Shown: positions 1-10,044 of the stretch, piece after piece
How positions within the stretch are numbered: the stretch's first letter is position 1
How the letters are laid out: the number at the start of each line of letters is the position of its first letter
Assembly (NCBI GenBank): GCA_001916005.1
Contig: MNRP01000055.1
Coordinates: 123,298 to 187,297 of the forward strand
DNA from: Clostridium sp. 26_22
GTDB taxonomy: Bacteria; Bacillota; Clostridia; TANB77; CAG-508
Direction: 5' to 3'
DNA: 64,000 bases
Translations under genes and position numbers: made by a program
Notes under the pieces: model-generated
Told to the model about the DNA's origin: nothing
Seen by the model: only the letters and a program-made list of their open reading frames with translations
The model's database searches: none

Positions 1-315
1 AATTCCATCAAATGCCATTTTTATCAGTCCTTTTTTTATTTTTTTATAATAGTATCATATTTTGGGTGGGATGTCCAATTTAGAATATAAAAAATATAAT
101 TTTTATAATAAAGAACGTCAAATAAAAAAATGCGTTATTAAAATAAATAACATTATAGAGGACAATTAAAATTTAGGAAAAGTAAATTCTTTTTACAGAT
201 TAAAAGTTATTTATGTCACTCTAGTATAGACATATTAAATTATGGCAAAAATTTCTTGCTTTTTCTAATCAGTTATAGTAAAATAAGAATATCAAGTGAA
301 AGGGGAAAAAAAGTA

Positions 316-2265
316 GTGAAAATAAAGAAAAAAATACTTTATATAATAACATTTTTACTATTTTTCATTTGCATAGGAACAAATCAATCAAAAGCAGGAA
401 ACTTGAAGTTAAATAACTTAGATTTTCAAGCACAAATAAATGCGGATGGAAGTATGGATGTAACAGAAACTTGGGACATCAATATAAAAAGTACAAATAC
501 ATTATATAAAACATTTAAAACAGACAATTCAAAATATTCAGGAATAACAAATGCTACAGTAACAGACATTACAAATGGAATACAAAATAATTTTATTCAA
601 ACTAGTGAATGGGCATATCATGTAGCAAAAGGTTATTACTATGGAACAGAAAATGATGATGATGACTTTGAAATCGGTTGGGGTGTTGGATTAGATAATA
701 GCTCAGCAAGAAGAGAATATAAAATATCATATACAGTAAAAGATGCAATAACAAAATATAATGATTATGCTGAATTATATTGGCAATTTGTTGGAGACAC
801 ATTTGAAGTAGATGCAAATAAAATAACAGGAACAATTTTATTACCATCAAATGTAGATAATAAAGATGAAATAAAAGTATGGGGACATACTAAAAATTTA
901 AATGGTACAATATATGCAACAGATACAAATAAAATAGAATTTGAAGTAGATAATTTTAAAAATGGAACATATGTAGAAGTAAGAACATTATTTCCGACTA
1001 ATTTAATTACAACTGCGGGAAGAATAAAAAATAAAAATACGTTAGACAATGTTGTAAAAGAAGAAACAAAATGGGCTAATAAAGCTAATGCAAGTAGAAA
1101 AAGACAAGAATGGATAGAAAAAAACTTTAAATATGTATTATTTGGTGCATGGCTTGGATTAAATATTTTATTAGGTGTATTTTTCTTTAAAAAGACAATT
1201 AAATATTGGAAGAAAATAAAAGGATTAAATAAATTTGAACCAACAACAAAATTAGAATATTATAGAGATTTACCAGATGAAGATTCAACACCAGGTGAAG
1301 CTTACAAAACTATGAATGAAACGGTAACTAAATTCACAGCTCAAAATTTTGGCAAAATATTCTCAGCAACAGTTTTGGATTTAACATTAAGAGGTTATAT
1401 AGAAATACAACAAGAAAAGAAAACACTAGGAAAAGATATAGTGACAATAACTCTAAAAAAACAAGTAAGTGATGGATTACCCCTAAATGAAGAAAGAATA
1501 ATGACATTTATAATAAAAGCAGCTAACAAAAAAGATACAATAACATTAAAAGAATTAGAAAAATATATCAAAAATAATCCATCAAAAATTGAAAGTTTAT
1601 TAAGTGGAACATATAAATCAGTTGAAGACCAACTTATAGGAAAAGAATTAATTGATTCAAAGGCTAAAAAAGAATATAGTGATTATAAAGAAAAATGTGG
1701 GGAATATATATTAGGAGTAATCTTTACTTTAATATTTACAAGTGGTTTTGGATTAGCACTAATAGCACCAGTAATAATAATGATAATCAATGCAATTTTA
1801 TGTAATAGAATAGCAAAAAAATTAAATGTCCTAACACAAAAAGGTGTAGATACTAAAGAACAATGGAAAGGACTTAAAAAATATATGGAAGACTTCTCAT
1901 TACTAAAAGAAAGAGAAGTTCCAGAATTAGTAATATGGGAAAAATACTTAGTATATGCGACAGTAATGGGAATAGCAGACAAAGTAATAAAACAATTAAA
2001 AATAGTTTACCCAAATTTTGAAGAAATGACAAACTCAATAGGAACATATACATGTATGAATGTAATGATGCACACAGATTTTTCATCAAGTTTCTCAAGT
2101 GCAATAAGTAGTTCAATAACATCTGCAACAGCATCATCAAGTTACTCATCAGGCTCAGGCGGTGGCGGAGGCTTCTCAGGAGGCGGAGGCCGGCGGTGGT
2201 GGCCGGAGGAGGCGGAGGAGGAAGATAATTCCTCCCACAAAAATATAAAGAAGGGAAAAAATAAT
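316..2265 (+). CDS. DUF2207-family membrane protein: N-terminal signal/TM, extracellular domain, internal TM helices, Ser/Gly-rich C-terminal tail. As sequenced there is no stop codon before der, so the six-frame ORF 256-3597 is a 1113-aa fusion.
   Basis: Probable GTG start at 316 with AGGGG ribosome-binding site ~10 nt upstream. N-terminal motif [21 protein letters not shown] is typical of DUF2207. TM segments near aa 295-315 and 480-510. Tail ...[15 protein letters not shown] is encoded by the GC-rich tract 2150-2225. A TAA stop lies in the +2 frame at 2226-2228. Confidence 0.55.
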
Positions 2266-3597
2266 ATGTCAAAACCAATAGTAGCAATAATAGGAAAACC
2301 AAATGTAGGAAAATCAACATTTTTCAACTATTTGGCAGGTAGTAGAATATCAATAGTTCAAGATACACCAGGTGTTACAAGAGATAGAATATATGCAGAA
2401 ACAAACTGGCGTGGAAGAAACTTTACATTAATAGATACTGGAGGAATTGAACCAGATTCTGATGATATAATATTATCTCAAATGAGAGAACAAGCTAATC
2501 TAGCAATAGCAATGGCTGATGTGATTATCTTTTTAACAGATATAAGACAAGGTGTAACTGCAGCAGATAGAGAAATTTCATTAATGCTAAAAAAATCAGG
2601 AAAACCGATTGTATTAGTTTGTAACAAAGCTGATAATTACGAAAAAGATAGTCAAGAAATTTATGAGTTTTATAATTTAGGAATAGGTGAACCTTTTGCA
2701 ATTTCTGCTACAAATGCTTTAGGAATAGGAGATGTTTTAGATGCAATATATGAACATTTCCCAGAAAAAGATGAAAATGAAGAAGAAAAAGAAATAATAA
2801 AAGTAGCAGTAATAGGAAAACCAAATGTAGGAAAATCATCTTTAATTAATAAAATATTAGGAGAAAAAAGGAATATAGTAAGTGATATTGCAGGAACAAC
2901 AAGAGATGCAATAGACTCTCCTTTTGAAAATGAACATGGAAAATATGTTTTAATTGATACTGCAGGAATTAGAAAGAAAAGCAAAGTAAATGAAAGTATT
3001 GAAAAATACAGTGTAATGAGAAGTTTACTTGCAGTAGAAAGAGCAGATGTATGCTTAATGATGATTGATGCAAATGATGGTGTAACAGAACAAGATGCTA
3101 AAATAGCAGGTGAGGCTCACGAAGCAGGAAAAGGTGTAATAATAGTTGTAAATAAATGGGACGAATACGAAAAAACAACAGGAACTTTAGAAAAATATAA
3201 AAAAGAAGTTTACAACAAATTATCATACTTATCATATGCACCAGTAATCTTTATTTCAGCTAAAACAGGACAAAGGGTCGATAAATTATTTGAGATGATA
3301 AATAACGTAGCAAAACAAAATTCATTAAGAGTATCAACATCAATATTAAATCAAGTAATAAATGAAGCAATTGCAATTGTTCAACCACCAACAGATAAAG
3401 GAAGAAGATTAAAAATATTCTATGGAACACAAGTATCGACAAAGCCACCAACATTTGTAATATTTGTAAACAATAAAGAATTGTTCCACTTTTCTTATCA
3501 AAGATATTTAGTAAATCAAATAAGAAAAGAATTTGGATTGGAAGGAACACCAGTAAGAATTATCGCAAGAGAAAAAAATGAAAAATATGCCGAATAA
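2266..3597 (+). CDS. der: Ribosome-associated GTPase Der (EngA), tandem GTP-binding domains plus KH-like C-terminal domain
   Basis: Two G-domains with [12 protein letters not shown] and [12 protein letters not shown] Walker A motifs, plus DTGG and NKAD/NKWD motifs. Own ribosome-binding site AGAAGGGAAAA sits ahead of ATG 2266. Length 443 aa is typical. Confidence 0.9.
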   Translation: MSKPIVAIIGKPNVGKSTFFNYLAGSRISIVQDTPGVTRDRIYAETNWRGRNFTLIDTGGIEPDSDDIILSQMREQANLAIAMADVIIFLTDIRQGVTAADREISLMLKKSGKPIVLVCNKADNYEKDSQEIYEFYNLGIGEPFAISATNALGIGDVLDAIYEHFPEKDENEEEKEIIKVAVIGKPNVGKSSLINKILGEKRNIVSDIAGTTRDAIDSPFENEHGKYVLIDTAGIRKKSKVNESIEKYSVMRSLLAVERADVCLMMIDANDGVTEQDAKIAGEAHEAGKGVIIVVNKWDEYEKTTGTLEKYKKEVYNKLSYLSYAPVIFISAKTGQRVDKLFEMINNVAKQNSLRVSTSILNQVINEAIAIVQPPTDKGRRLKIFYGTQVSTKPPTFVIFVNNKELFHFSYQRYLVNQIRKEFGLEGTPVRIIAREKNEKYAE

Positions 3598-3624
3598 TAA
3601 AAGGCATAAAAGGAGGTAATAAAA

Positions 3625-4278
3625 ATGACAGCATATATTTTAATGGCAGTAATAGCATATTTAATAGGAAGTATAAGTTTTTCAGTTATTATAAGCAAAA
3701 AAATGGCTGGATTTGATGTAAGGGAAAAAGGAAGCGGAAATGCAGGAAGCACAAATGTATTAAGAACAGTTGGAAAAAAAGCAGCAGTAATAACATTAAT
3801 TTGTGATGTTTTAAAAGGAGTTATAGCAATATTAATTGCTATGATAATAGGAAATATATTTAAAAATGTAGACAAAGAATTAATAGTACAAATAGCAGGA
3901 ATAGCAGTAGTTTTAGGACATACATTCCCAATCTTCTTTGGATTTAAAGGAGGAAAAGGTGTTGCAACATCTTTAGGAGTTTTACTTATGTCTAACTGGC
4001 AAATAGGACTAATTTGTTTAGTATTTGCATTAGTATTAATGGTTTTAACAAAAATGGTATCAGTTGGTTCATGTGGTGCAGCTGTATTATTCCCAGTGTT
4101 AACTTTATTTATAAACGAAAATTACACAGTATTAACTGAAGGAAAAAGTGGGAAAGTTTATTTTGTATATAGTGTAATATTAGCAATAATAGTATTATAC
4201 AACCATAGAGCTAACATAAAAAGAATAATGAGTGGAACAGAAAACAAATTAAACTTTGGTAAAAAAGAAAACAATTAA
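3625..4278 (+). CDS. plsY: Glycerol-3-phosphate acyltransferase PlsY
   Basis: Motif GSGNAGSTNVLRTVGKKAAVITLICDVLKG, polytopic membrane protein, ribosome-binding site AAAGGAGG. Conserved der-plsY-gpsA synteny. Confidence 0.9.
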   Translation: MTAYILMAVIAYLIGSISFSVIISKKMAGFDVREKGSGNAGSTNVLRTVGKKAAVITLICDVLKGVIAILIAMIIGNIFKNVDKELIVQIAGIAVVLGHTFPIFFGFKGGKGVATSLGVLLMSNWQIGLICLVFALVLMVLTKMVSVGSCGAAVLFPVLTLFINENYTVLTEGKSGKVYFVYSVILAIIVLYNHRANIKRIMSGTENKLNFGKKENN

Positions 4279-4300
4279 CAAAGGAGAAACAAAAATAAAT

Positions 4301-5284
4301 ATGAAAAAAATAGCTATTATAGGAAGTGGTAGCTGGGGTGTTGCATTAGCAACATATCTAGCCAATGTAGGAAACCAAGTAAAAATATGGTCATTTTCTG
4401 AAGAGGAAAGAGATTTAATCAATAACGAAAAAAAATGCAAATTCTTACCAGATTTAATTATACCAGACAATATCTATTGTTCAGCAAGCTATGAAGAAGT
4501 AATAAAAGATACTGAATTTATATTACATGTAACACCATCAAAATTCACAAGAAGTACATTCAAACAATACAAACAATATGTTGGAGAAAAGCCAGTAATA
4601 ATATGTTCAAAAGGGTTTGAAAAAGAAACATTAAAAACCTTAGATGAAGTTATTGAAGAAGAATTACCAAATGTAAAAGTAGGAGTTTTATCAGGACCAA
4701 GCCATGCAGAAGAAGTATCAATAGGAGTTCCAACAGCATTAGTTATGGCATCAAAATACAATGAAGTATTAGATATGTTACAAGAAACATTTATGTCAGA
4801 AAAAATGAGAATATACACAAGTAATGATGTAAAAGGTGTAGAACTTGGAGGAGCATTAAAAAATATCATAGCATTTTGTGCCGGAGTTGCAGCAGGAATT
4901 GGACTAGGAGATAATTCATTTGCAGCCTTAATAACAAGAGGATTAAAAGAAATATCAAGACTTGGAATAAAACTAGGAGGAGAACTAGAAACATTTTATG
5001 GATTAAGTGGATTAGGTGACCTTATAGTAACTTGTTTAAGTGAGCATAGTAGAAATAGAAAAGCTGGAAAATTAATAGGACAAGGAAAAACATTAGAAGA
5101 AACAAAAAAAGAAGTCGGAATGGTAATAGAAAGTATAGACAACATAGATGTAGCATATCAACTTGGAAAAATAAATAATATAGAAATGCCAATAGTTAAT
5201 GCGGTATATGAAGTATTATATAATAAACTAGATCCACAAGAAGCTGTAAAAAATTTAATGACACGAGACAAAAAGATGGAATAA
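4301..5284 (+). CDS. gpsA: NAD(P)H-dependent glycerol-3-phosphate dehydrogenase GpsA
   Basis: N-terminal Rossmann motif KIAIIGSGSWGVALA. Ribosome-binding site AAGGAG before ATG 4301. The track's earlier ATG 4256 lies inside plsY. Confidence 0.9.
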   Translation: MKKIAIIGSGSWGVALATYLANVGNQVKIWSFSEEERDLINNEKKCKFLPDLIIPDNIYCSASYEEVIKDTEFILHVTPSKFTRSTFKQYKQYVGEKPVIICSKGFEKETLKTLDEVIEEELPNVKVGVLSGPSHAEEVSIGVPTALVMASKYNEVLDMLQETFMSEKMRIYTSNDVKGVELGGALKNIIAFCAGVAAGIGLGDNSFAALITRGLKEISRLGIKLGGELETFYGLSGLGDLIVTCLSEHSRNRKAGKLIGQGKTLEETKKEVGMVIESIDNIDVAYQLGKINNIEMPIVNAVYEVLYNKLDPQEAVKNLMTRDKKME

Positions 5285-5357
5285 AATTGTATAATAAATA
5301 GTAATAAAAACCATAATATAAATATTAAATAATTGACACATTTAAGGAGGAAGAAAA

Positions 5358-5885
5358 ATGGAAATTTTTAATAAATTAGGTAAAAAAGCAAGTGAAGCAT
5401 ATAAAGTAACTGCTGACAAAACAGGAAAATTAGCAAAAGAAGCAAAATTGAGAATGAAAATAGCAGACTTAAAATCACAAATATCTGATATATACAAAGA
5501 AATAGGTAAAAAAGTTTATGAAAACCATGTAAGAGAAGAAAAAGTAGATTTAGAAAAAGAATTAGAAGAAGAATGCACAAAAATAGATGTAATGAGTGCT
5601 GAAATAGAATCTAATTTAAAACAATGCCTAGAATTAAAAGATAAAAGAAAATGTGAAAAATGTTTTGCTGAAATAGATAAAGACGTAAAATTCTGTCCAG
5701 AATGTGGTGCAAAACAAGAAGAAGTTGAAGAAACACAAGCAAAAGAAGTCGAAATAGTAGAAGACAAAAACGAAGAATGTTCAGATGACAACTGTGAAGA
5801 CTTAAAAAAGACTGTTGAAGTAGAATCTGATGTTAAATTAGAAGATGATAAAACAGTAGAAGAAATAAAATATGGAGATGAGTAA
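5358..5885 (+). CDS. Zinc-ribbon domain protein with N-terminal coiled coil and acidic tail
   Basis: CxxC...CxxC motif CEKCFAEIDKDVKFCPECGAKQ. Strong ribosome-binding site AAGGAGG. Confidence 0.5.
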   Translation: MEIFNKLGKKASEAYKVTADKTGKLAKEAKLRMKIADLKSQISDIYKEIGKKVYENHVREEKVDLEKELEEECTKIDVMSAEIESNLKQCLELKDKRKCEKCFAEIDKDVKFCPECGAKQEEVEETQAKEVEIVEDKNEECSDDNCEDLKKTVEVESDVKLEDDKTVEEIKYGDE

Positions 5886-5948
5886 AATTATAAAAGTCGA
5901 ATATAAAAAGTATTCGGCTTTTAAATTTATAAATCAATATTTTGCAAA

Positions 5949-6230
5949 TCAATAAGGATATCTTTCATACAAATATTTAATCAAACTATCAGCATTATCT
6001 GTAGTTACATTAATATATACACCTTTATCAAGAGAAACCCACATAACAATATTAAAATCATCAAAATTATCAACATAAGCACCAATGATTTCAGCTAGTT
6101 CTACAGGATTACTGTATTTATGTTCCCAATTTAAATTATCATTTATATCAAAAGAAGAATTATAAAAAGAACTCAAAAATTTTTCTAATTCATAAGAATC
6201 TTCACTAATTAAATTAACAGAAACCATCAC
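5949..6230 (-). CDS. Small acidic hypothetical protein (93 aa)
   Basis: ORF with AAGGAG ribosome-binding site on the - strand. No recognisable motif. Confidence 0.35.
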   Translation of the reverse strand: MMVSVNLISEDSYELEKFLSSFYNSSFDINDNLNWEHKYSNPVELAEIIGAYVDNFDDFNIVMWVSLDKGVYINVTTDNADSLIKYLYERYPY

Positions 6231-6341
6231 AATCTCCTTATTAAATCTATAATAATATTATGATAAATAATAAAAAAAATATACTAAAGGAATAGTTTTT
6301 ACAAAAAAGCAAATACTAAAATAAAAAAATGGAGGTATATT

Positions 6342-7277
6342 TTGAAAAAATATCAAAAAATAGCTTATATTTTCTTAGTAATATTTGTACTAAGTATAGC
6401 TTTTATATTATTTAAATCATATGCAGATATCAATAAAAATGAAGATGAAAAAGAAAAAACAGAAACAGAAATTCAAAGAATAGAATTAAGTTTTGTAAAT
6501 ATGTTTAATGAATTAAATAACATTAAATTTGAAAACTATAGAATAAATACAAGTCAAATAAATAAAGAAGATTTAAAAGACAATTCATCAAGCAGTGCAT
6601 CAGAAACTACTCCATCCTCAGGAAGCTCTTCTTCCTCAGAAAGTTCTTCATCTGGAGATCAGGGAGAAAGCCAAAAAGAAAATGGAAGTAGCCAAAGTTC
6701 AGAAGAATCAAAAGAAAATCAAAATTATGAAATGAAATTATCAGGAGTTTTAACAAATAATAGTGACATAAATTGGGAGAATTTAAAAAATGAAGTTGAA
6801 ATATTATATTCAGCAATTCCATCACTTACAATTGATTTATATAAAATAAATATAAACAAAGAAAAAATAACAAACTTTAATCAAGAATATGATAATTTAA
6901 TGAAAGCTATAAAAGAAGAAAACAAGCAAAATGCACTAGATGCTTTAGCAAATTTATATAATTACTTACCAGATTTTATAGAAAATTCAACAGATGATAC
7001 AAACAAAAAAATATTAATAAAAACAAAAAATAATATATTTAAAGCTTATAGCTTGTTAGATAAAAACGATTGGAATCCAATTACAGAAAATGTGAATTTA
7101 GCAAATCAAGAATTTACTAAAATACTTACAAATTCTCAAAGTAGTAATAAAAATCAATATATAATAAATAAGGCATATGTTCAAATAAATGAACTTCAAA
7201 ATTCAACCAAAACTAAAGAAAAAGAAATTTTTTTAATAAAATATAAAAATTTGCTAGAAGAATTAGAAAATATATGA
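6342..7277 (+). CDS. Membrane-anchored hypothetical protein with Ser/Glu-rich low-complexity linker
   Basis: TTG start with GGAGG ribosome-binding site at 6331. N-terminal TM IAYIFLVIFVLSIAFILF. SSSASETTPSSGSSSSSESSSSG linker. Confidence 0.45.
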   Translation: MKKYQKIAYIFLVIFVLSIAFILFKSYADINKNEDEKEKTETEIQRIELSFVNMFNELNNIKFENYRINTSQINKEDLKDNSSSSASETTPSSGSSSSSESSSSGDQGESQKENGSSQSSEESKENQNYEMKLSGVLTNNSDINWENLKNEVEILYSAIPSLTIDLYKININKEKITNFNQEYDNLMKAIKEENKQNALDALANLYNYLPDFIENSTDDTNKKILIKTKNNIFKAYSLLDKNDWNPITENVNLANQEFTKILTNSQSSNKNQYIINKAYVQINELQNSTKTKEKEIFLIKYKNLLEELENI

Positions 7278-7290
7278 TATAATACAAAAC

Positions 7291-7640
7291 AGAGTAAATT
7301 GAATAGTCGCTGGTAAATTCCGAAAGGAATTACGAGAGGAAAGTCCGGGCTCCACAGAGCAAAGATGCTAGATAACGTCTAGTAGGGGCAACCCTAAGGA
7401 AAGTGCAACAGAAAATAACCGCCTTGATTTCAAGGTAAGGATGAAAAGGTGAGGTAAGAGCTCACCGCCCTTATGGTGACATAGGGGGACAGTGTAAACC
7501 CCATCTGGAGCAACACCTAAGAAGAAGATAAAGTCTGCTCGACGCCTTCTGAATTGCGTGGCTTGAGATATATAGCAATATATATCCTAGATAAATGACT
7601 ATTTTTAACGACAGAACCCGGCTTACAGATTTACTCTTTT
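7291..7640 (+). ncRNA. rnpB: RNase P RNA, bacterial type A
   Basis: Universal core GAGGAAAGTCCGGGCTCCACAGAGCA. AGGGGCAACCCTAAGG, GTGCAACAGAAAATAACCGCC, GGTAAGAGCTCACC and ACAGAACCCGGCTTA are in canonical order. P1 helix pairs 7292-7300 with 7629-7637. Extended -10 TGaTATAAT at 7275-7283. T-run follows the 3' end. Confidence 0.9.
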
Positions 7641-8514
7641 ATTTTTTTGTCAATTTTTTAAAATCATCAGGCAAATCGCAAACAAAATCCAAATTATTTT
7701 TAAAAATTGGATGAGAAAAACAAATATGATAACAATGTAAAGCTTGCCTTTCAATCAAATTAGAATCAGTACCATACAAAGAATCACCAATAAGAGGATG
7801 CCCAACATTACTCATATGAACACGAATTTGATGAGTTCTACCAGTTTCTAAAGAACACTTAACTAAACTAAAATTATCAAATTCTTTTAAAACTTCATAA
7901 TGAGTAATAGAAATTTGCCCATCTTCAGAAATACATCTTTCAATAATACTATTTTCTTTCCTAGCAATAGGTAAATTGATAACACCAACTTTATCTGCAA
8001 AAATACCATCACAAATAGCCAAATAATCTTTTTTAAATACATTAGACTTCATTTGAGAAATTAAACATTCTTGAATATACTCACATTTAGCAAAAATTAC
8101 TAAACCAGAAGTATTTAAATCTAATCTATTAACAGGTCTAACTTTTTTCTTTAAACCAATAGAGTCAAAATAAAATCTAACACCATTACATAAAGAATCT
8201 GAAAAGTGTAAAACAGATGGATGAGTTGCAATACCAGCAGGTTTATTAACTATTAAAAGCCAATCATCTTCAAAAACAATATTTAAATCCATTTCAGTAG
8301 GCACAATATTAGAATTATCTTCAGAATAATCAAAATTAATAGTTATAATATCATTAGGAGAGGCTATATTTCTAGTATCACATTCTTTTCCATTAAGAAA
8401 AATACAATTATTTTTTACAATTTTATAAAGCAATCTAGAAGATACTTTAAGATTGTTTTGTAATATTTGATTTATTGTTAAATTCTCATTTTCAACTTTA
8501 TATTTTAATTTCAT
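7639..8514 (-). CDS. rluD: RluA-family 23S rRNA pseudouridine synthase (RluD-like) with N-terminal S4 domain
   Basis: Catalytic motif HQIRVHMSNVGHPLIGDSLYG and RLD/SGL motifs. Second in-frame ATG (8514) has better spacing to GGAG than 8520. Confidence 0.85.
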   Translation of the reverse strand: MKLKYKVENENLTINQILQNNLKVSSRLLYKIVKNNCIFLNGKECDTRNIASPNDIITINFDYSEDNSNIVPTEMDLNIVFEDDWLLIVNKPAGIATHPSVLHFSDSLCNGVRFYFDSIGLKKKVRPVNRLDLNTSGLVIFAKCEYIQECLISQMKSNVFKKDYLAICDGIFADKVGVINLPIARKENSIIERCISEDGQISITHYEVLKEFDNFSLVKCSLETGRTHQIRVHMSNVGHPLIGDSLYGTDSNLIERQALHCYHICFSHPIFKNNLDFVCDLPDDFKKLTKK

Positions 8515-8741
8515 AAACATACTCCATTTAATTTGATATTAACATTTTATCATATATCTTTAGCAAAATAAAGAAGCAAGTACTTGATATTAAAAATGTG
8601 TTATACTAAAAGATGAAAATTTACTAAAATATTGCAAAATAAAAAAACAAAGAATAATCAAGCCCTAATATTAAAAATAAAAGTTTAATATTAGGGCTAA
8701 TTTTATATTTGGATTTATATATAATATTTTAAAAAAACACC

Positions 8742-8770
8742 TTTACAATTAAAAAAATTATGTGTATAAT
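8742..8770 (+). promoter_or_regulatory. Sigma-A-type promoter for trmB (TTTACA-N17-TATAAT)
   Basis: Hexamers at 8742-8747 and 8765-8770 with 17-nt spacer, ~40 nt upstream of the trmB start. Confidence 0.5.
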
Positions 8771-8808
8771 TCAAATAGCAAAAACAATAAAATAAGGAGC
8801 AAAAAAGC

Positions 8809-9501
8809 ATGAGGATAAGATACAAAAAATGGGCAAGACCAGAACTAGAAGCAAGTAAATTTTACATAGATGAACCAGAAAAAATGAAAGGAAAATGGAA
8901 AACATTTTTCAAAAATCCAAACAACCCACTACACATAGAACTAGGATGTGGAAAAGGACAATTTATCTCAAACCTAGCATCAGAAAACTTAGACAAAAAT
9001 TATATAGCAATAGACTTAATAGATGCAATGTTAGGACTTGCAAAAAGAAATGTAGAACAAGTATATGCAGAAAAAAACATAAAACCAGAAAACATAGTAT
9101 TAACAAGATATGACATAGAGCGAATACTACAAATACTAGACAAAGAAGATAAAATAGAAAGAATATATATCAACTTCTGTAATCCATGGCCAAAAGGAAA
9201 ACATAGAAAGAAGAGACTAACACATACAAGACAACTAGAAAAATACAAACAATTTTTAACACCAAATGGAGAAATATACTTTAAAACAGATGATGATGAT
9301 TTATTCAATTCAACATTACTATATTTAGAAGAAACAGGATTTGAAGTTAAAGCAAAAACATATGACTTACACCAAGAACCAATTTTTGAACATAATATAG
9401 AAACAGAACATGAAAAAATGTTTACAGAACAAGGAATAAAAATAAAAGCATTAATAGCGCAAAATACAAGTAAAAATGAAAAGCAGGTGAGTAATACATA
9501 A
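8809..9501 (+). CDS. trmB: tRNA (guanine46-N7)-methyltransferase TrmB
   Basis: SAM-binding ELGCGKGQF and the conserved NFCNPWPKGKHRKKRL motif. Confidence 0.9.
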   Translation: MRIRYKKWARPELEASKFYIDEPEKMKGKWKTFFKNPNNPLHIELGCGKGQFISNLASENLDKNYIAIDLIDAMLGLAKRNVEQVYAEKNIKPENIVLTRYDIERILQILDKEDKIERIYINFCNPWPKGKHRKKRLTHTRQLEKYKQFLTPNGEIYFKTDDDDLFNSTLLYLEETGFEVKAKTYDLHQEPIFEHNIETEHEKMFTEQGIKIKALIAQNTSKNEKQVSNT

Positions 9502-10022
9502 TGGAAGCAAAAGATGTTACAGAAATGAAACAAAATAGAAATTCAAGAGAATATGTATTAGAAGCGGTTAGAAAAAAAGGAAAACTTTTAGAATTTGCTG
9601 CCCCTGAATTTCAAGATGATGAAGAAGTAGTAAAAACAGCATTAACACAAGATGGCGAAGCAATGGAATTTGTAAGTAAAAGATTAAGAAATAATAAAGA
9701 GCTGGTTTTATTAGCAATAAATGGAGCACCATGGACTGCTTGTTATGCATCAGAAGCATTAAAAGCAGATAAAGAAGTAATAATGGAAAGTGTTAAAACA
9801 TATGGGCAAACTTTATATTATGCAAGTGAAAGACTAAGAGATGATAGAGAAGTAGTAAAAACAGCGATAGAAAATAAGGGATTAATAATAAAATATGCAA
9901 GTTTAAGATTAAGAAGTGATAAAGAATTAGCAGAAATAGCAATAAAACAAGATAAAAGAGCATATTTATTCTTAAGCAAAGAATTAAAACAAGACGAAGA
10001 TATAAAAAAATTAATAAGCTAA
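9501..10022 (+). CDS. DUF4116-repeat protein
   Basis: Repeated units of ~30 aa (EVVKTALTQDGEAMEFVSKRLRNNKELVLLAI...). Start overlaps the trmB stop (TAATG), suggesting translational coupling. Confidence 0.5.
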   Translation: MEAKDVTEMKQNRNSREYVLEAVRKKGKLLEFAAPEFQDDEEVVKTALTQDGEAMEFVSKRLRNNKELVLLAINGAPWTACYASEALKADKEVIMESVKTYGQTLYYASERLRDDREVVKTAIENKGLIIKYASLRLRSDKELAEIAIKQDKRAYLFLSKELKQDEDIKKLIS

Positions 10023-10044
10023 AGAGAACAAGGGAGGATTTAAA

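Noticed and set aside
1-255. Possible start of a - strand gene at ~17 (ATGGCATTTGATGGAATT on the reverse complement) running off the left edge
   Set aside because: Only about 5 codons fall within the window; cannot be supported.
602-2327. Antisense ORFs in the track (602-850, 765-1049, 1683-1982, 1874-2320, 2142-2327, all - strand)
   Set aside because: Shadow ORFs inside the well-supported + strand DUF2207 and der genes. Low-complexity Leu/Phe-rich translations typical of AT-rich antisense frames; no ribosome-binding sites.
256-3597. Single 1113-aa ORF treated as one genuine fusion protein
   Set aside because: der has its own ribosome-binding site and ATG at 2266. The upstream part is a complete DUF2207 architecture, and the +2 frame supplies a stop at 2226-2228. 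Two genes joined by an indel is more parsimonious (kept as a finding).
8895-9113. 72-aa Lys/Arg-rich ORF in an alternative frame inside trmB
   Set aside because: Fully embedded in a conserved gene, no ribosome-binding site. Composition is an artefact of A-rich codons.
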